From NCBI GenBank assembly GCA_963827685.1, contig CAWHBU010000007.1:96001-160000 (forward strand): a stretch of 64,000 bases of DNA, read 5' to 3'. Both the position numbers and the translations under genes were made by a program. Of the stretch, positions 41,321-51,019 are shown piece after piece (position 1 is the stretch's first letter; every line of letters begins with the position of its first letter). Under the pieces are notes generated by a model. The model saw only the letters and a program-made list of their open reading frames with translations. It was not told where the DNA came from and did no database searches. The DNA is from an uncultured delta proteobacterium. GTDB taxonomy: Bacteria; Desulfobacterota; BSN033; UBA1163.

Positions 41321-41604
41321 TCTTTTTTGAAAGACATTTAACAAATTATTTTAAGGATGTCAAGGATTTTTCCATTGAACTTATGAGAATCAATTCTTGA
41401 GATTGTCGATGACCGGTTGAACCAGTACTGTTAGAGCAAAATGGCTTGCCAACGATTAGGAAGAAAGGATCAAAAAGGGGGGGGTATTTCCCAACCCTTC
41501 ACCCCAGGATAGCTCTGAAAGCTAAGGGTTCCAGTTAGAAATACGTATATTTGAAAGGCGATATATTGCCCTTGCGTCCGTATTATTTGGTGATAAAATG
41601 AGGA

Positions 41605-42501
41605 ATGAGCCAATTCGATTCATCTATTTTGAACCGAAAGATGTTGAATGAGGCTACGGAAACAACTGGATTCTCCTTGAAGGAGGAGGCCGTGAAACAT
41701 CTTTTCGAAGATTGGGAGAACATTCAAGACAGGATTCAGAAAGCCCAGAATCTCTTTCTTTTTCTGGACTATGACGGAACCCTTACTCCAATTGCACCCT
41801 GGCCTGACATGGCGCTTTGTCCGTCTCAAGTAAAGAGGCATTTGGAAGCACTGCGTGATATCCCCGGGGTCCACCTGGCCATCATTAGTGGACGATCCCT
41901 GGAAGATGTGCGGGAAAAAGTAGGCGTCTCAGGCATCATCTACGTAGGAAGCCATGGTTTGGAAATCGAGAATCCGGCCGGAAGGCATAAGAGAAGTCTG
42001 TCGCCGACCAGAAAAAGGGAGCTCAACAGAATCACGCAAAAGTTGCGGAATTCTTTGAAAGAAATTCCCGGGATTCTTTTTGAGGAGAAGGGACCTATTC
42101 TGTCTGTTCATTATCGCAACGTGCCTAAGGAATTTTCTACCCAAGTTTGTCAGCTAGTGGAAGTGGATCTTCAGCAATGGAGGGATCGCTGGAAGATAGC
42201 ATCAGGCAAAATGGTTTTGGAAATTCGACCCAAAGTCAATTTTCATAAAGGGAAAGCCGTTAGAGAAATTCTAAAAACCTTTCCCTCCTTGGGGCTTTTG
42301 CCATTCTATTTGGGAGATGACCAAACCGATGAAGATGCCTTTCGAGTGATCAAGGGCCAGGGCATCTCAGTTTTTATCGGACCGGGTACGCTTCCCTCGG
42401 AGGCTGATTTTTTTCTGAAAGACCCTCACGAAGTTCAAGAATTTCTTTTCCGGTGTAAGGAGGTCAGGCGTGCTCATAACCCTTATCCCGGAGCCACCTG
42501 A
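41605..42501 (+). CDS. otsB: Trehalose-6-phosphate phosphatase (start may be the GTG at 41692)
   Basis: DYDGTL, SGR, HYR and GDD.TDED motifs. Confidence 0.9.
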   Translation: MSQFDSSILNRKMLNEATETTGFSLKEEAVKHLFEDWENIQDRIQKAQNLFLFLDYDGTLTPIAPWPDMALCPSQVKRHLEALRDIPGVHLAIISGRSLEDVREKVGVSGIIYVGSHGLEIENPAGRHKRSLSPTRKRELNRITQKLRNSLKEIPGILFEEKGPILSVHYRNVPKEFSTQVCQLVEVDLQQWRDRWKIASGKMVLEIRPKVNFHKGKAVREILKTFPSLGLLPFYLGDDQTDEDAFRVIKGQGISVFIGPGTLPSEADFFLKDPHEVQEFLFRCKEVRRAHNPYPGAT

Positions 42502-42556
42502 AATGGAGTGCAAACCTCCGCTTTTTTTTGTCAGCCGATCGTGGTAAGATAATTCT

Positions 42557-43232
42557 ATGGTGCCTAAAATCGCCGAACATCCTTTTTTCTTCACCGGCTG
42601 CTGGGAACTGAGGGAAATGGTGGGGCGCAGTGCCCGGGATGAGCAGCAGTTTCTGGAGGCCATCGAGGAAATCCCTCTTGACTCCCTATTCTTTCATACG
42701 CACAGCTTTTTCCTTCGTCATGCATACATCGCCGGTCCCTACCCGAATGACTTCGCCACCTGGGCAGCGATTCAGGTGCGCGACCGGGTCCTCGGCGAAA
42801 AACTGGGCATCCTGGATCCAGTATGATTTCGAAAATCTGGAAGCCTTGCGCGCCGAGATTGTAGACATCATTGATGAACATCTCTCTCAACTCCAAATCA
42901 TTCCCCGAGTCATCTATGGAGAACCTTTTCACTTTATGCAATCCAGAATCCTCGAAGTTCCGACAGGTTTGGAAGCCCGAACTCTGGCGGAGTTTCGGAA
43001 GATTCTTGTCACGGTGGATGCCAGCGCAGTCTACTATCATAATTTCGAGGCTATCCTCCGGCTTGGGAGAAAGAAGGGCGATTTTGCTCTCTGGATTGAA
43101 GAGCAGCTTGACCTACCTGAACTGGCCCAGAAAATTTCCAGACTCGATTGTTACATGACCAGCCTGGAGTCCGTTCGCCATCAGATCGTCAAGCTCTGTG
43201 ATGAGGTTCTGGAGAAGGAGACCCGAGGATGA
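42557..43232 (+). pseudogene. DUF5752-like protein with one extra base near 42821
   Basis: Two similar halves (..NDFA.W / ..GDFA.W); frames join at ILDP/YDF; length is 3n+1. Confidence 0.6.
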
Positions 43233-44431
43233 GCCGCCTCAACGATTACCGGGAAGTGGTCCCTAAGGGCACGATCGACTTCTTGATGTCCCTGGCTGAG
43301 CAGGTCAAGGGGAGAAAGATCGTGCACATCAATTCTACCAAGCTGGGCGGGGGAGTAGCAGAAATGCTCAGGAGCCAGCTCCCCCTCCTGAAGGATTTAG
43401 GCATCGATGCCCAATGGCAGACCATTTCAGGAACCGAGGCGTTTTTCAATGTGACGAAGTCCTTCCACAACGCTCTCCAGGGACAAGAGCAGCACCTCTC
43501 GCAACAGATGCTCCAGACTTATTTGGAGGTTAACCGGGAGAATGCCCAACGCCTTTCCTTCGATGCGCATTACGTGGTCATTCACGACCCCCAACCAACG
43601 GCCTTGATTGAAAGCCGCCGGGCCCAAGGCAGGTGGATCTGGCGCTGCCATATTGATATCTCTCGGCCGCAGTGGAAAGTTTGGAGTTTTCTGAAGCAGT
43701 TTGTGGTGAATTACGATGCGGCCATTTTCTCCCTGCCCCGATTTGCCCAGCGGCTCCCTATCCCCCAGTTCCTCATCTTCCCTTCTATTGACCCTTTGAG
43801 CGATAAGAATCGCGAACTCTCCCCCCAAGAGCAGTCCCAGATACTTAGCCGGCTTAACGTTCCTACGGACAAACCGATCCTTTTGCAGGTATCCCGCTTT
43901 GACCGCTTCAAAGACCCTTTGGGGGTTATTGAGGCTTATCGGCTGGTTAAGAAACACCACGACCTGCAACTGGTCTTGGCCGGGGGAGGAGCTACAGATG
44001 ACCCAGAGGGGGAGACTGTTCTGTCCGAAGTCCGCGAGGCAGCCGGGGATGATCCAGATATCCATATCCTTCTCCTCCCCCCAGATGCCAACCTGGAGAT
44101 TAACGCTCTGCAAAGGGCAGCCACCATCGTTCTGCAAAAATCCCTTCGGGAAGGGTTCGGGCTAACTGTGGCTGAGGCGATGTGGAAGGGAAAGCCAGTC
44201 ATCGGAGGCTCCGCGGGCGGAATCACCGTTCAACTCGTCTATGGCGTAACCGGGTTCACTGTCAACTCTGTAGAAGGAGCTGCCTTCCGTATCCATCATC
44301 TCCTGGATAATCCTGAGGTGATGACCAAGATAGGGGAGGATGCGAAAGAATACGTGCGGCAGAGTTTCTTGATCACCCGCCACCTGGGCGATTGGTTGGC
44401 ACTCATGAGCTTTCTAGGACGCGGAAACTGA
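43229..44431 (+). CDS. treT: Trehalose glycosyltransferring synthase (GT4)
   Basis: GGGVAE, HDPQP, WRCH, SRFD..K and EGFGL motifs. Confidence 0.85.
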   Translation: MSRLNDYREVVPKGTIDFLMSLAEQVKGRKIVHINSTKLGGGVAEMLRSQLPLLKDLGIDAQWQTISGTEAFFNVTKSFHNALQGQEQHLSQQMLQTYLEVNRENAQRLSFDAHYVVIHDPQPTALIESRRAQGRWIWRCHIDISRPQWKVWSFLKQFVVNYDAAIFSLPRFAQRLPIPQFLIFPSIDPLSDKNRELSPQEQSQILSRLNVPTDKPILLQVSRFDRFKDPLGVIEAYRLVKKHHDLQLVLAGGGATDDPEGETVLSEVREAAGDDPDIHILLLPPDANLEINALQRAATIVLQKSLREGFGLTVAEAMWKGKPVIGGSAGGITVQLVYGVTGFTVNSVEGAAFRIHHLLDNPEVMTKIGEDAKEYVRQSFLITRHLGDWLALMSFLGRGN

Positions 44432-44444
44432 AAGGAGGAAAACA

Positions 44445-44906
44445 ATGCCAAGCTTTAAGACATTTCTCATTTTCATCATTGTCGTCATCGTAACTTTTGG
44501 GATCGGATATGGCTGGGGCTATTTGAAATTACAAAATGCCGAGAAAGAATGGGCCGCTGCCAGGGAGGAGATGCAGGCCAAAATCAGCACACTGGAAAAA
44601 GATCTGGCGCTTGCAAAAGCCCGTGTATCGCTCTGGGAAATGCCCCTTGGGCTTTCTCAGGTCAGTGTCCATTTATCGGAGAAGAATTTCGGCCTGGCAA
44701 CCCAATCCTTGGATCAGATTAAAGAGACTTTCTCCAAGGCCAAGACCACTTTGGAAAGCGAATTGAAAGGGAAGTTTGACTTTTTCCTTCCGGCATTGGA
44801 AGAAATCAGGAATGAGGCCCAGAATATGAACCCGAACACCAAGAAAAAAATAGAAGAATTGCAAAAGCGGTTTGAGCAAGCGCTGCGCTCCGGCAAAACT
44901 GGCTGA
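44445..44906 (+). CDS. Membrane-anchored coiled-coil hypothetical protein
   Basis: AAGGAGG RBS and N-terminal TM helix. Confidence 0.7.
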   Translation: MPSFKTFLIFIIVVIVTFGIGYGWGYLKLQNAEKEWAAAREEMQAKISTLEKDLALAKARVSLWEMPLGLSQVSVHLSEKNFGLATQSLDQIKETFSKAKTTLESELKGKFDFFLPALEEIRNEAQNMNPNTKKKIEELQKRFEQALRSGKTG

Positions 44907-44956
44907 GGCGAGCAAGGGTCTGAGCGGCTTTATGAAGAAGGGGAAAAGCGCCCTTT

Positions 44957-47202
44957 TCAGGTGGGCTTTTCCAGGCGTACCTGAGCCAGGGCGGTGATCA
45001 GATCTGTGGCCCAATAATAAATGTTGCGGTTTTTTAGAATCTCCCGCATCCCTCGCATGCGAGCCTTTTGTTCTGCAGGGTCCATCTCCAGGGCCGTGCG
45101 AACCGCTTCCGCCATTTCTTCAATGTCATAAGGATTGACAATCAGGGCATCTCTGAGTTCCCTCGATGCTCCGGTGAATTGGCTGAGAATCAGGACGCCT
45201 GATTCGTCATCCCGAGCGCCGATATATTCCTTGGCCACCAGATTCATCCCATCGTGTAGAGAGGTAACCAGACAGAGGTCTGCGGTCTCGTAAAATGGCC
45301 TAATTTCTTCATGGCTGTGGTGCTTTTTTAAGAAAACGATCGGTTGCCATTCTTTGCCCTTAAAGCGCCAGTTGATCCGATCTACCTCTACCTCCACCGT
45401 CGCAATTAAATCGTGGTACTCCTTAATGTGGGTACGACTTGGAGCCCCAAGCTCCACAAAAGTGAATTCCCCCTGATAAGCAGGATATTTTTCCAGGAAT
45501 CGTTCGATGGCTTTAAAGCGTTCCAGGATCCCCTTCGTATAATCAATGCGATCCACCCCCACGCCCAAATATTTTCCCTTGATGCCTAGATCCTTCAGAA
45601 GACTCTCTTTGTTGGGCTTCGTGGCATTGCTTCCTGTGGAGGCGTTGGATTGGCCCGGGAAGGCAATACTGATGGGAAATGGCTTCACCAGGGTGGTTTG
45701 CCCTCCTCTTTCGACCGCAAAATGTTCCCAGTCAATCCGGGATTCTAAGGCACGGTCAACCGTATCAAGAAAGTTGTTACAATGAAACTGGATATGAAAC
45801 CCGATGAGGTCCGCCCCTAACATGCCATGCAGAAGTTCCCTCTGCCAAGGGCAGATGCTGAAGGACTCTGGATTCGGCCAAGGAATATGCCAGAAAAGAG
45901 CCACCCGAGCCTCCGGACGCTTTTCTTTGATCAATCGGGGGAGTAAGGCAAAATGATAATCCTGAATCAAAATCAAGGGCTCTTCGACATCCTCCAGTTC
46001 TTCCAAAGTGGCTCGAGCAAATTTCTTGTTGACGTTTTGATAGTACCCCCAATCCTCAGCCCGGAAGGATGGACGTGTATGCGCGATGTGGCAGAGCGGC
46101 CAGAGCCCCTCATTGGAAAATCCGTAATAGTAACCCTTTTCTTCTTCCTTGGTGAGCCAGACCCTTTTGAGGACATATTGAGGCTCCTCGGGGGGAACTC
46201 TGATTTTGCTCTGGGCATCAACCACCTCGCGGTCCGCATCACCGCTTCCATGGGCAATCCAGGTTCCTCCGCAGGCCTTAAGGACAGGCTCTAAGGCCGT
46301 CACTAACCCACTGGCTGGCACCATGCATTCAATCTTTTTTCCCTTTTTTTCATGCATATAAGGTTCACGGTTGGAGATCACGAAGAAAGGCCTTTCCTGG
46401 AGGAGGGTACGGACCTGCTCTTTAAGCCGCGTTGGAGTCCATATGGATTCGGCGGTATGTCTGAGACGTGCTTCTTCCTCGGCAGCCTCGCGAGCCGCTG
46501 AGATACTCCTGGCCATCTGCGTGACCTCCTTGGTCAGGGGCTCAAAAACTCCTCCCGAAGGAAGGCGGAGGGGTTCTTTGCTTTTTTCCGTCCGCAGGTG
46601 TTTCATCCATTCAGCCATTTTTGCAATCGGCCCGGTCATACTCCAACGAATCAAGAGGAGAGTAGTCAGAGAAATGACAAGGGCGTTCACCAAGAAACGG
46701 ATGAAATTATTTTTCCAGATAAGCGAGAGTCGGTCCTGAATATAGGAAGGATTTTGAATGATGACCAGGGCGCCCGCCACACCCTCTTCCCGATGAAGGG
46801 GCAGAGCATAAAGGTACATCTCTTTTCCACCGAGACGGGAAAAATGTCCGCTCTCGAGATCGGAGTTCATGGCGTTGGTCACAAATGTCGGGGTTTTGGA
46901 CAGATGAGCGGACAATGCGGGAGTAGCGGCTATTAATTTGTCCTTCACGTCATATATCGCCACCCCGGCAAGCCTTTCCCGGTTTCCGAATTTTTCCACG
47001 ATTTTCTGAAGACGCTCTGGGGCCCTTTTTCCAATAAGGGTTCAATGGTTTCTTTCAGGCTTTCACCTAAAAGGGAAGTGCGGCGCTGAAGGTCAATGGT
47101 CAACCTCTCTCTCTCCTGTCGCACCTGTTGGAGGGTAAACAGAAAAACAAGGACGCTGATCACGACCACAACCGAAAGAATAATTCGCAAATTGATACGC
47201 AA
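44957..47202 (-). pseudogene. otsA: Trehalose-6-phosphate synthase with N-terminal TM-sensor-TM-HAMP-like region; one base missing near 47019-47030
   Basis: SNREP, QDYH, VDRIDYTKG and DGMNLVAKE motifs; N-terminal part (46945-47202) in another frame across G4C3T5 runs. Confidence 0.75.
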
Positions 47203-47427
47203 AGGACACCCCTCAGGATTAATTGAAACTCATTTAGCAGAGCAATATAGAGAAGAAGGATAAGCCTGATTTCATTTTGCATATTTTCTCAGAGCTTGTC
47301 AAATTCCCTTTGAATACTGCTGGAAATATTCTGTTACTCCCTGTCTCCAATAGCGAAGTGGCCTCTTCTTTCGTTAAACTTTCTCCACCCTTGGAATTTC
47401 ATAAGCTCTCATCTCAAGAAAGATCCC

Positions 47428-47553
47428 TTATTCTGAAAAAAGTATGAATCTCAATATAATGATTAATGCTATCCCAAGAGTGATTAACATGACCAACATT
47501 GGGAGTGATGACTCCTTCTTTTCTTCCTTTTTTTCTTACTTCTTTTCCCTCAT
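47428..47553 (-). pseudogene. Second copy of the 41-aa microprotein with TAA at codon 6
   Basis: ATG AGG GAA AAG AAG TAA; the rest of the frame is conserved. Confidence 0.55.
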
Positions 47554-47682
47554 CCTATTTATCTCCTTTCCGGTCCCTGCGGATAGTGCAATCCTTCATC
47601 TTGATCTTTCAGTTGTAGGAAATAGGGTCATGATCTTGATCACTCGTCTCTTTTTCGGGATATCCGCATTCCTCGACCGAAT

Positions 47683-47783
47683 AAAAAAAGCCGCTACCCG
47701 AAATTTTACTTTCGAATAGCGGCCCGACTATCCAGCCCCGTTAACCTCCAGAAATATTAGAATATCTCTGGACCCATTAAACC
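47683..47783 (-). ncRNA. nhaA-I-like riboswitch candidate with terminator (UAGUCGGGCCGC variant)
   Basis: Same motif; TTGACA-N17-TATAAA promoter with -35 at 47828-47833. Confidence 0.65.
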
Positions 47784-48048
47784 TCTTTTTTCAAAAACAT
47801 GAAATTTATAATAAATTATTTTAAAAATGTCAAGGATTTTTCCATTGAACTTATGAGAATCAATTCTTGAGACTGTCGATGATCGCTTGAAATCCGGACT
47901 ATTTGGATAAAAACTCTGTTAACGGGCAAGGATTCTCTCAAGACTTCTTTTTACACCTTCTTGAGGAGGGAGGCATCCATTTCATTGTTTTGTATCTCCC
48001 AACACTGAATCATCGCCGAGAATTTACCGAGACTTAACCGGCTTTTGC

Positions 48049-49149
48049 TCAACTCTCTCCCTTTCTGATGATTGTGACCGCAGTGGCCTTAAAGGAAGCC
48101 CTCACTTCTTTTCCTTCTGTCAACGATAATTCTTCCACAGAATGATTCGTCACATGGGCAACGAGAGGAAATCCACACTGGAGATGAATTTTTTGATAAA
48201 GCCCTAAAGAGATGATCTTCACAATCTTCCCCTGAAATACGTTTCTGGCACTCGTTCCTTCTTGGGAAGGGCGAATCGAGAGGGTGACGTTTTCTGGCCG
48301 GATGCATAGAACCACCCTCTCTCCTAAATAGGCATCCCCAACCGCCTCGATCTCTTGACCCTCCACAGAGACAATAAACGTCCCGCCGTCCCTCTTGATC
48401 ACTTTCCCGGTCAGGATCGTCTCCACTCCCATGAAGGAAGCCACTAATTCATTCACAGGATGGTTCGCTACCTCTTCGGGAGATCCGATCTGAATGATCT
48501 GTCCTCCGTTCATCACGGCAATCCGATCTGACAGTCTCAAGGCTTCCAGACGATCGTGAGTGGCGAAGATGGCCGTCGTTCGGGTTTGCTGAAGGATATG
48601 CTCCAGGTCTTCAATCAGGGAATCGCGGGTAGGAGGGTCGAGGGAAGAAAAAGGTTCGTCAAGGAGAAGGATTTCGGGCCGAAGGGCAAAGGCCCGTGCG
48701 AGACTCGTCCTTTGTGCCTCTCCTCCTGATAGAGTTCTCGCAGAACGGCCTTTGAGATGAATAATTCCAAATTGTTCCAACTGCTCCATGGCTCGATCGC
48801 GAATTTCATTTCTTTTGAACCCACGAATTTTTAAACCCGATGCCACATTGTTAAAGACCGTTGTGTCAAAGAGGAGAGGCTCCTGGAAGACCATGGCCAG
48901 TTTCCTCCGGTATTCTAAAACGGAATGATTCTTTTCTACCCTATTCCCTCTAAAAAAGATTTCACCCCGAAAGGGCTTCAACAAATAGGATAAAGTTTGA
49001 AGTAAAGTGGTCTTCCCCGCCCCATTCGGCCCAATCAGGGAGAAGATCTCCCCTTCTTGGATTAAGAGAGACGGAACCTGAATGAGGATTGCTCCTCCCC
49101 TATTCACCCCAAGATTTTTGGCTTCCAGAATGGGAGTCGACTCCGTCAT
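48049..49149 (-). CDS. tupC: Tungstate ABC transporter ATPase with TOBE domains
   Basis: GPNGAGKT, LSGGEAQR and C-terminal SARN..FKA TOBE motifs. Confidence 0.85.
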   Translation of the reverse strand: MTESTPILEAKNLGVNRGGAILIQVPSLLIQEGEIFSLIGPNGAGKTTLLQTLSYLLKPFRGEIFFRGNRVEKNHSVLEYRRKLAMVFQEPLLFDTTVFNNVASGLKIRGFKRNEIRDRAMEQLEQFGIIHLKGRSARTLSGGEAQRTSLARAFALRPEILLLDEPFSSLDPPTRDSLIEDLEHILQQTRTTAIFATHDRLEALRLSDRIAVMNGGQIIQIGSPEEVANHPVNELVASFMGVETILTGKVIKRDGGTFIVSVEGQEIEAVGDAYLGERVVLCIRPENVTLSIRPSQEGTSARNVFQGKIVKIISLGLYQKIHLQCGFPLVAHVTNHSVEELSLTEGKEVRASFKATAVTIIRKGES

Positions 49150-49235
49150 AATTGTTTTCCTATAATAGGGGTTTTCTTAAAGTTATGAGCTGTTTGCCGT
49201 CCATCTTTTGCCTACTGCCTACTGCCTTCTTTTTC

Positions 49236-49934
49236 CTATCTCGGCCTTTCCCTCTGTTGGATTTGAGTGAGGATCAGATTGATGAAGTAAGCAAGCAATA
49301 GGAGAATAATACCCAAGGCAATGGCAATGTCGAAATTCCCGCGACTCGTTTCCATAACAGTCGCCGTGGTAAGAACTCGGGAATAGCCTTTGATATTACC
49401 GCCTACCATGATGGAAGCACCCACCTCAGAGATCACACCACCAAATCCTGCCATCACTGCGGCCAAAAGGGGAAGCTTCGCCTCTTTGATCAAGATCCAA
49501 ACCATCTGAAAACGAGTCGCCCCGAGAGCCAGAATTTGAAGCCGAAGCTTTTGGGGAAGTTGCTGAATCGCTGCCAGAGTAATCCCCATCACGATGGGGG
49601 TGGCGATGATGGCTTGGGCAATAATCATGGCGGTGGGCGTGTAGAGGATTTCAAAAAAGCCAAGGGGCCCGTTTCTCCACAGGAAGATGGTCACGAATAG
49701 ACCCACCACCACTGGCGGAAGTCCCATGCCCGTATTGATGAGACTTACGGCAAATCGCTTTCCCGGAAATCTTGAAAGCGCGATGGTCGTCCCAACAGAA
49801 ATCCCAATCAATAAGCTGATCAGTGTAGCTGTCGCCGAAACCTCGAGAGAAAGAAGGGTGATCCCCATAACCTCAGGATCAAAGGTAATCAAGAGAAAGA
49901 AAGCCTTCTTAATCCCTTCAAAAATAAGATCCAT
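49236..49934 (-). CDS. tupB: Tungstate ABC transporter permease
   Basis: MGLPPVVVGL and ISEVGA.IMVGGNI motifs. Confidence 0.9.
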   Translation of the reverse strand: MDLIFEGIKKAFFLLITFDPEVMGITLLSLEVSATATLISLLIGISVGTTIALSRFPGKRFAVSLINTGMGLPPVVVGLFVTIFLWRNGPLGFFEILYTPTAMIIAQAIIATPIVMGITLAAIQQLPQKLRLQILALGATRFQMVWILIKEAKLPLLAAVMAGFGGVISEVGASIMVGGNIKGYSRVLTTATVMETSRGNFDIAIALGIILLLLAYFINLILTQIQQRERPR

Positions 49935-49966
49935 CTCCAAACCCCAAATATCAAACACTAAAAATC

Positions 49967-50056
49967 TCCTCTCCCCTGGAGGGAGAGGATTAAGGTGAGG
50001 GGGAACAAATTCTTTTTACTCACCCCCACCCGCGCCCTCCCCCGTCAAGGGGGAGG
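49967..50056. repeat. Paired REP-like hairpins (empty form of the DUF559 element)
   Basis: Left and right motifs resemble the DUF559 flanks and are separated by only ~15-20 nt. Confidence 0.65.
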
Positions 50057-50135
50057 TAAGTAGGTTATATTTCTATGGTTCGCGGTAACAAATCCGTCAC
50101 GTAAGATTTGTTGGGGGGTTATTGGTGCTCGGCTA

Positions 50136-50996
50136 TTATTTTCCAAGCTCCTCTTCCTTTTTACCAGCATCCGGGAAGAAAAGAGGAAATCCGAATTTAT
50201 CGACTCCAAAGGTTTTGATGATGTCCTGGGTTTCTTTAGTGACCATGAAATCAGCAAAAGCTTTTGCCCCAGCGCTATTGACCTTAGGCCATTTCGTAGG
50301 ATTCACTTCAATGACATGATAGATGTTGAGGAGGATGGCATCCCCTTCGACCAGAATATCAAGTCCGAGGCTTTTCTTCAACGCCAGATAAGTCCCACGA
50401 TCGGCGAGTGTATAGCCTTTTTTCTCAGCGGCGACATTGAGGGTCTGGCCCATTCCAAGGCCGGTCTGCTGATACCATTTTTCTCCTTCGGGGTTGATCC
50501 CTGTAGCTTTCCAAATATCTTTTTCCTTTGCATGGGTTCCTGAATTATCTCCTCTTGACAAAAATAAGACTTTTGCCAAAGCTATTTTTTTAAACGATTC
50601 TGAAGAAGATTTTATTTCTTTGATCTTTGCCGGATCCCCGGAAGGTCCCACGATGATAAAGTCATTATGCATGACGAGCCTTCGATTTATTCCATAACCT
50701 TCAGCCATGAATTTCTTCTCAGCTTCGGGAGAATGGACCAGAAGCACATCGGCTTCTCCCTTTTGGCCCATCGCCATGGCCTGTCCCGACCCTACCGCAA
50801 TGGTCTTAACAAAATAGTCCGTCTTCTTCTCAAAGACGGGAAGAAGGACATCAAGAAGTCCCGAATCCTGCGTGCTGGTGGTGGTAGCGAGGATGATTGC
50901 CTTCGACTGCCCTTGAACAGAGAAAACTCCTGTGATGAATAAAAGTGAAACGACAACTCCTAATAACAGAATCTTTTGGCCTATCCGTCGATTCAT
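50136..50996 (-). CDS. tupA: Tungstate-binding periplasmic protein
   Basis: TTTS signature and SRGD.SGTH motif. Confidence 0.9.
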   Translation of the reverse strand: MNRRIGQKILLLGVVVSLLFITGVFSVQGQSKAIILATTTSTQDSGLLDVLLPVFEKKTDYFVKTIAVGSGQAMAMGQKGEADVLLVHSPEAEKKFMAEGYGINRRLVMHNDFIIVGPSGDPAKIKEIKSSSESFKKIALAKVLFLSRGDNSGTHAKEKDIWKATGINPEGEKWYQQTGLGMGQTLNVAAEKKGYTLADRGTYLALKKSLGLDILVEGDAILLNIYHVIEVNPTKWPKVNSAGAKAFADFMVTKETQDIIKTFGVDKFGFPLFFPDAGKKEEELGK

Positions 50997-51019
50997 AATC
51001 CTTCCTCCTTAATGGGTGA

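Larger units (their letters stand above)
47390..47890 (-). repeat. Duplicate of the promoter-riboswitch-microprotein module at ~40725-41420
   Basis: Long stretches of near identity; contains one aptamer instead of two. Confidence 0.85.

Noticed and set aside
47015-47035. Programmed -1 frameshift in otsA
   Set aside because: No in-frame X XXY YYZ heptamer or clear stimulator; homopolymer error is more likely
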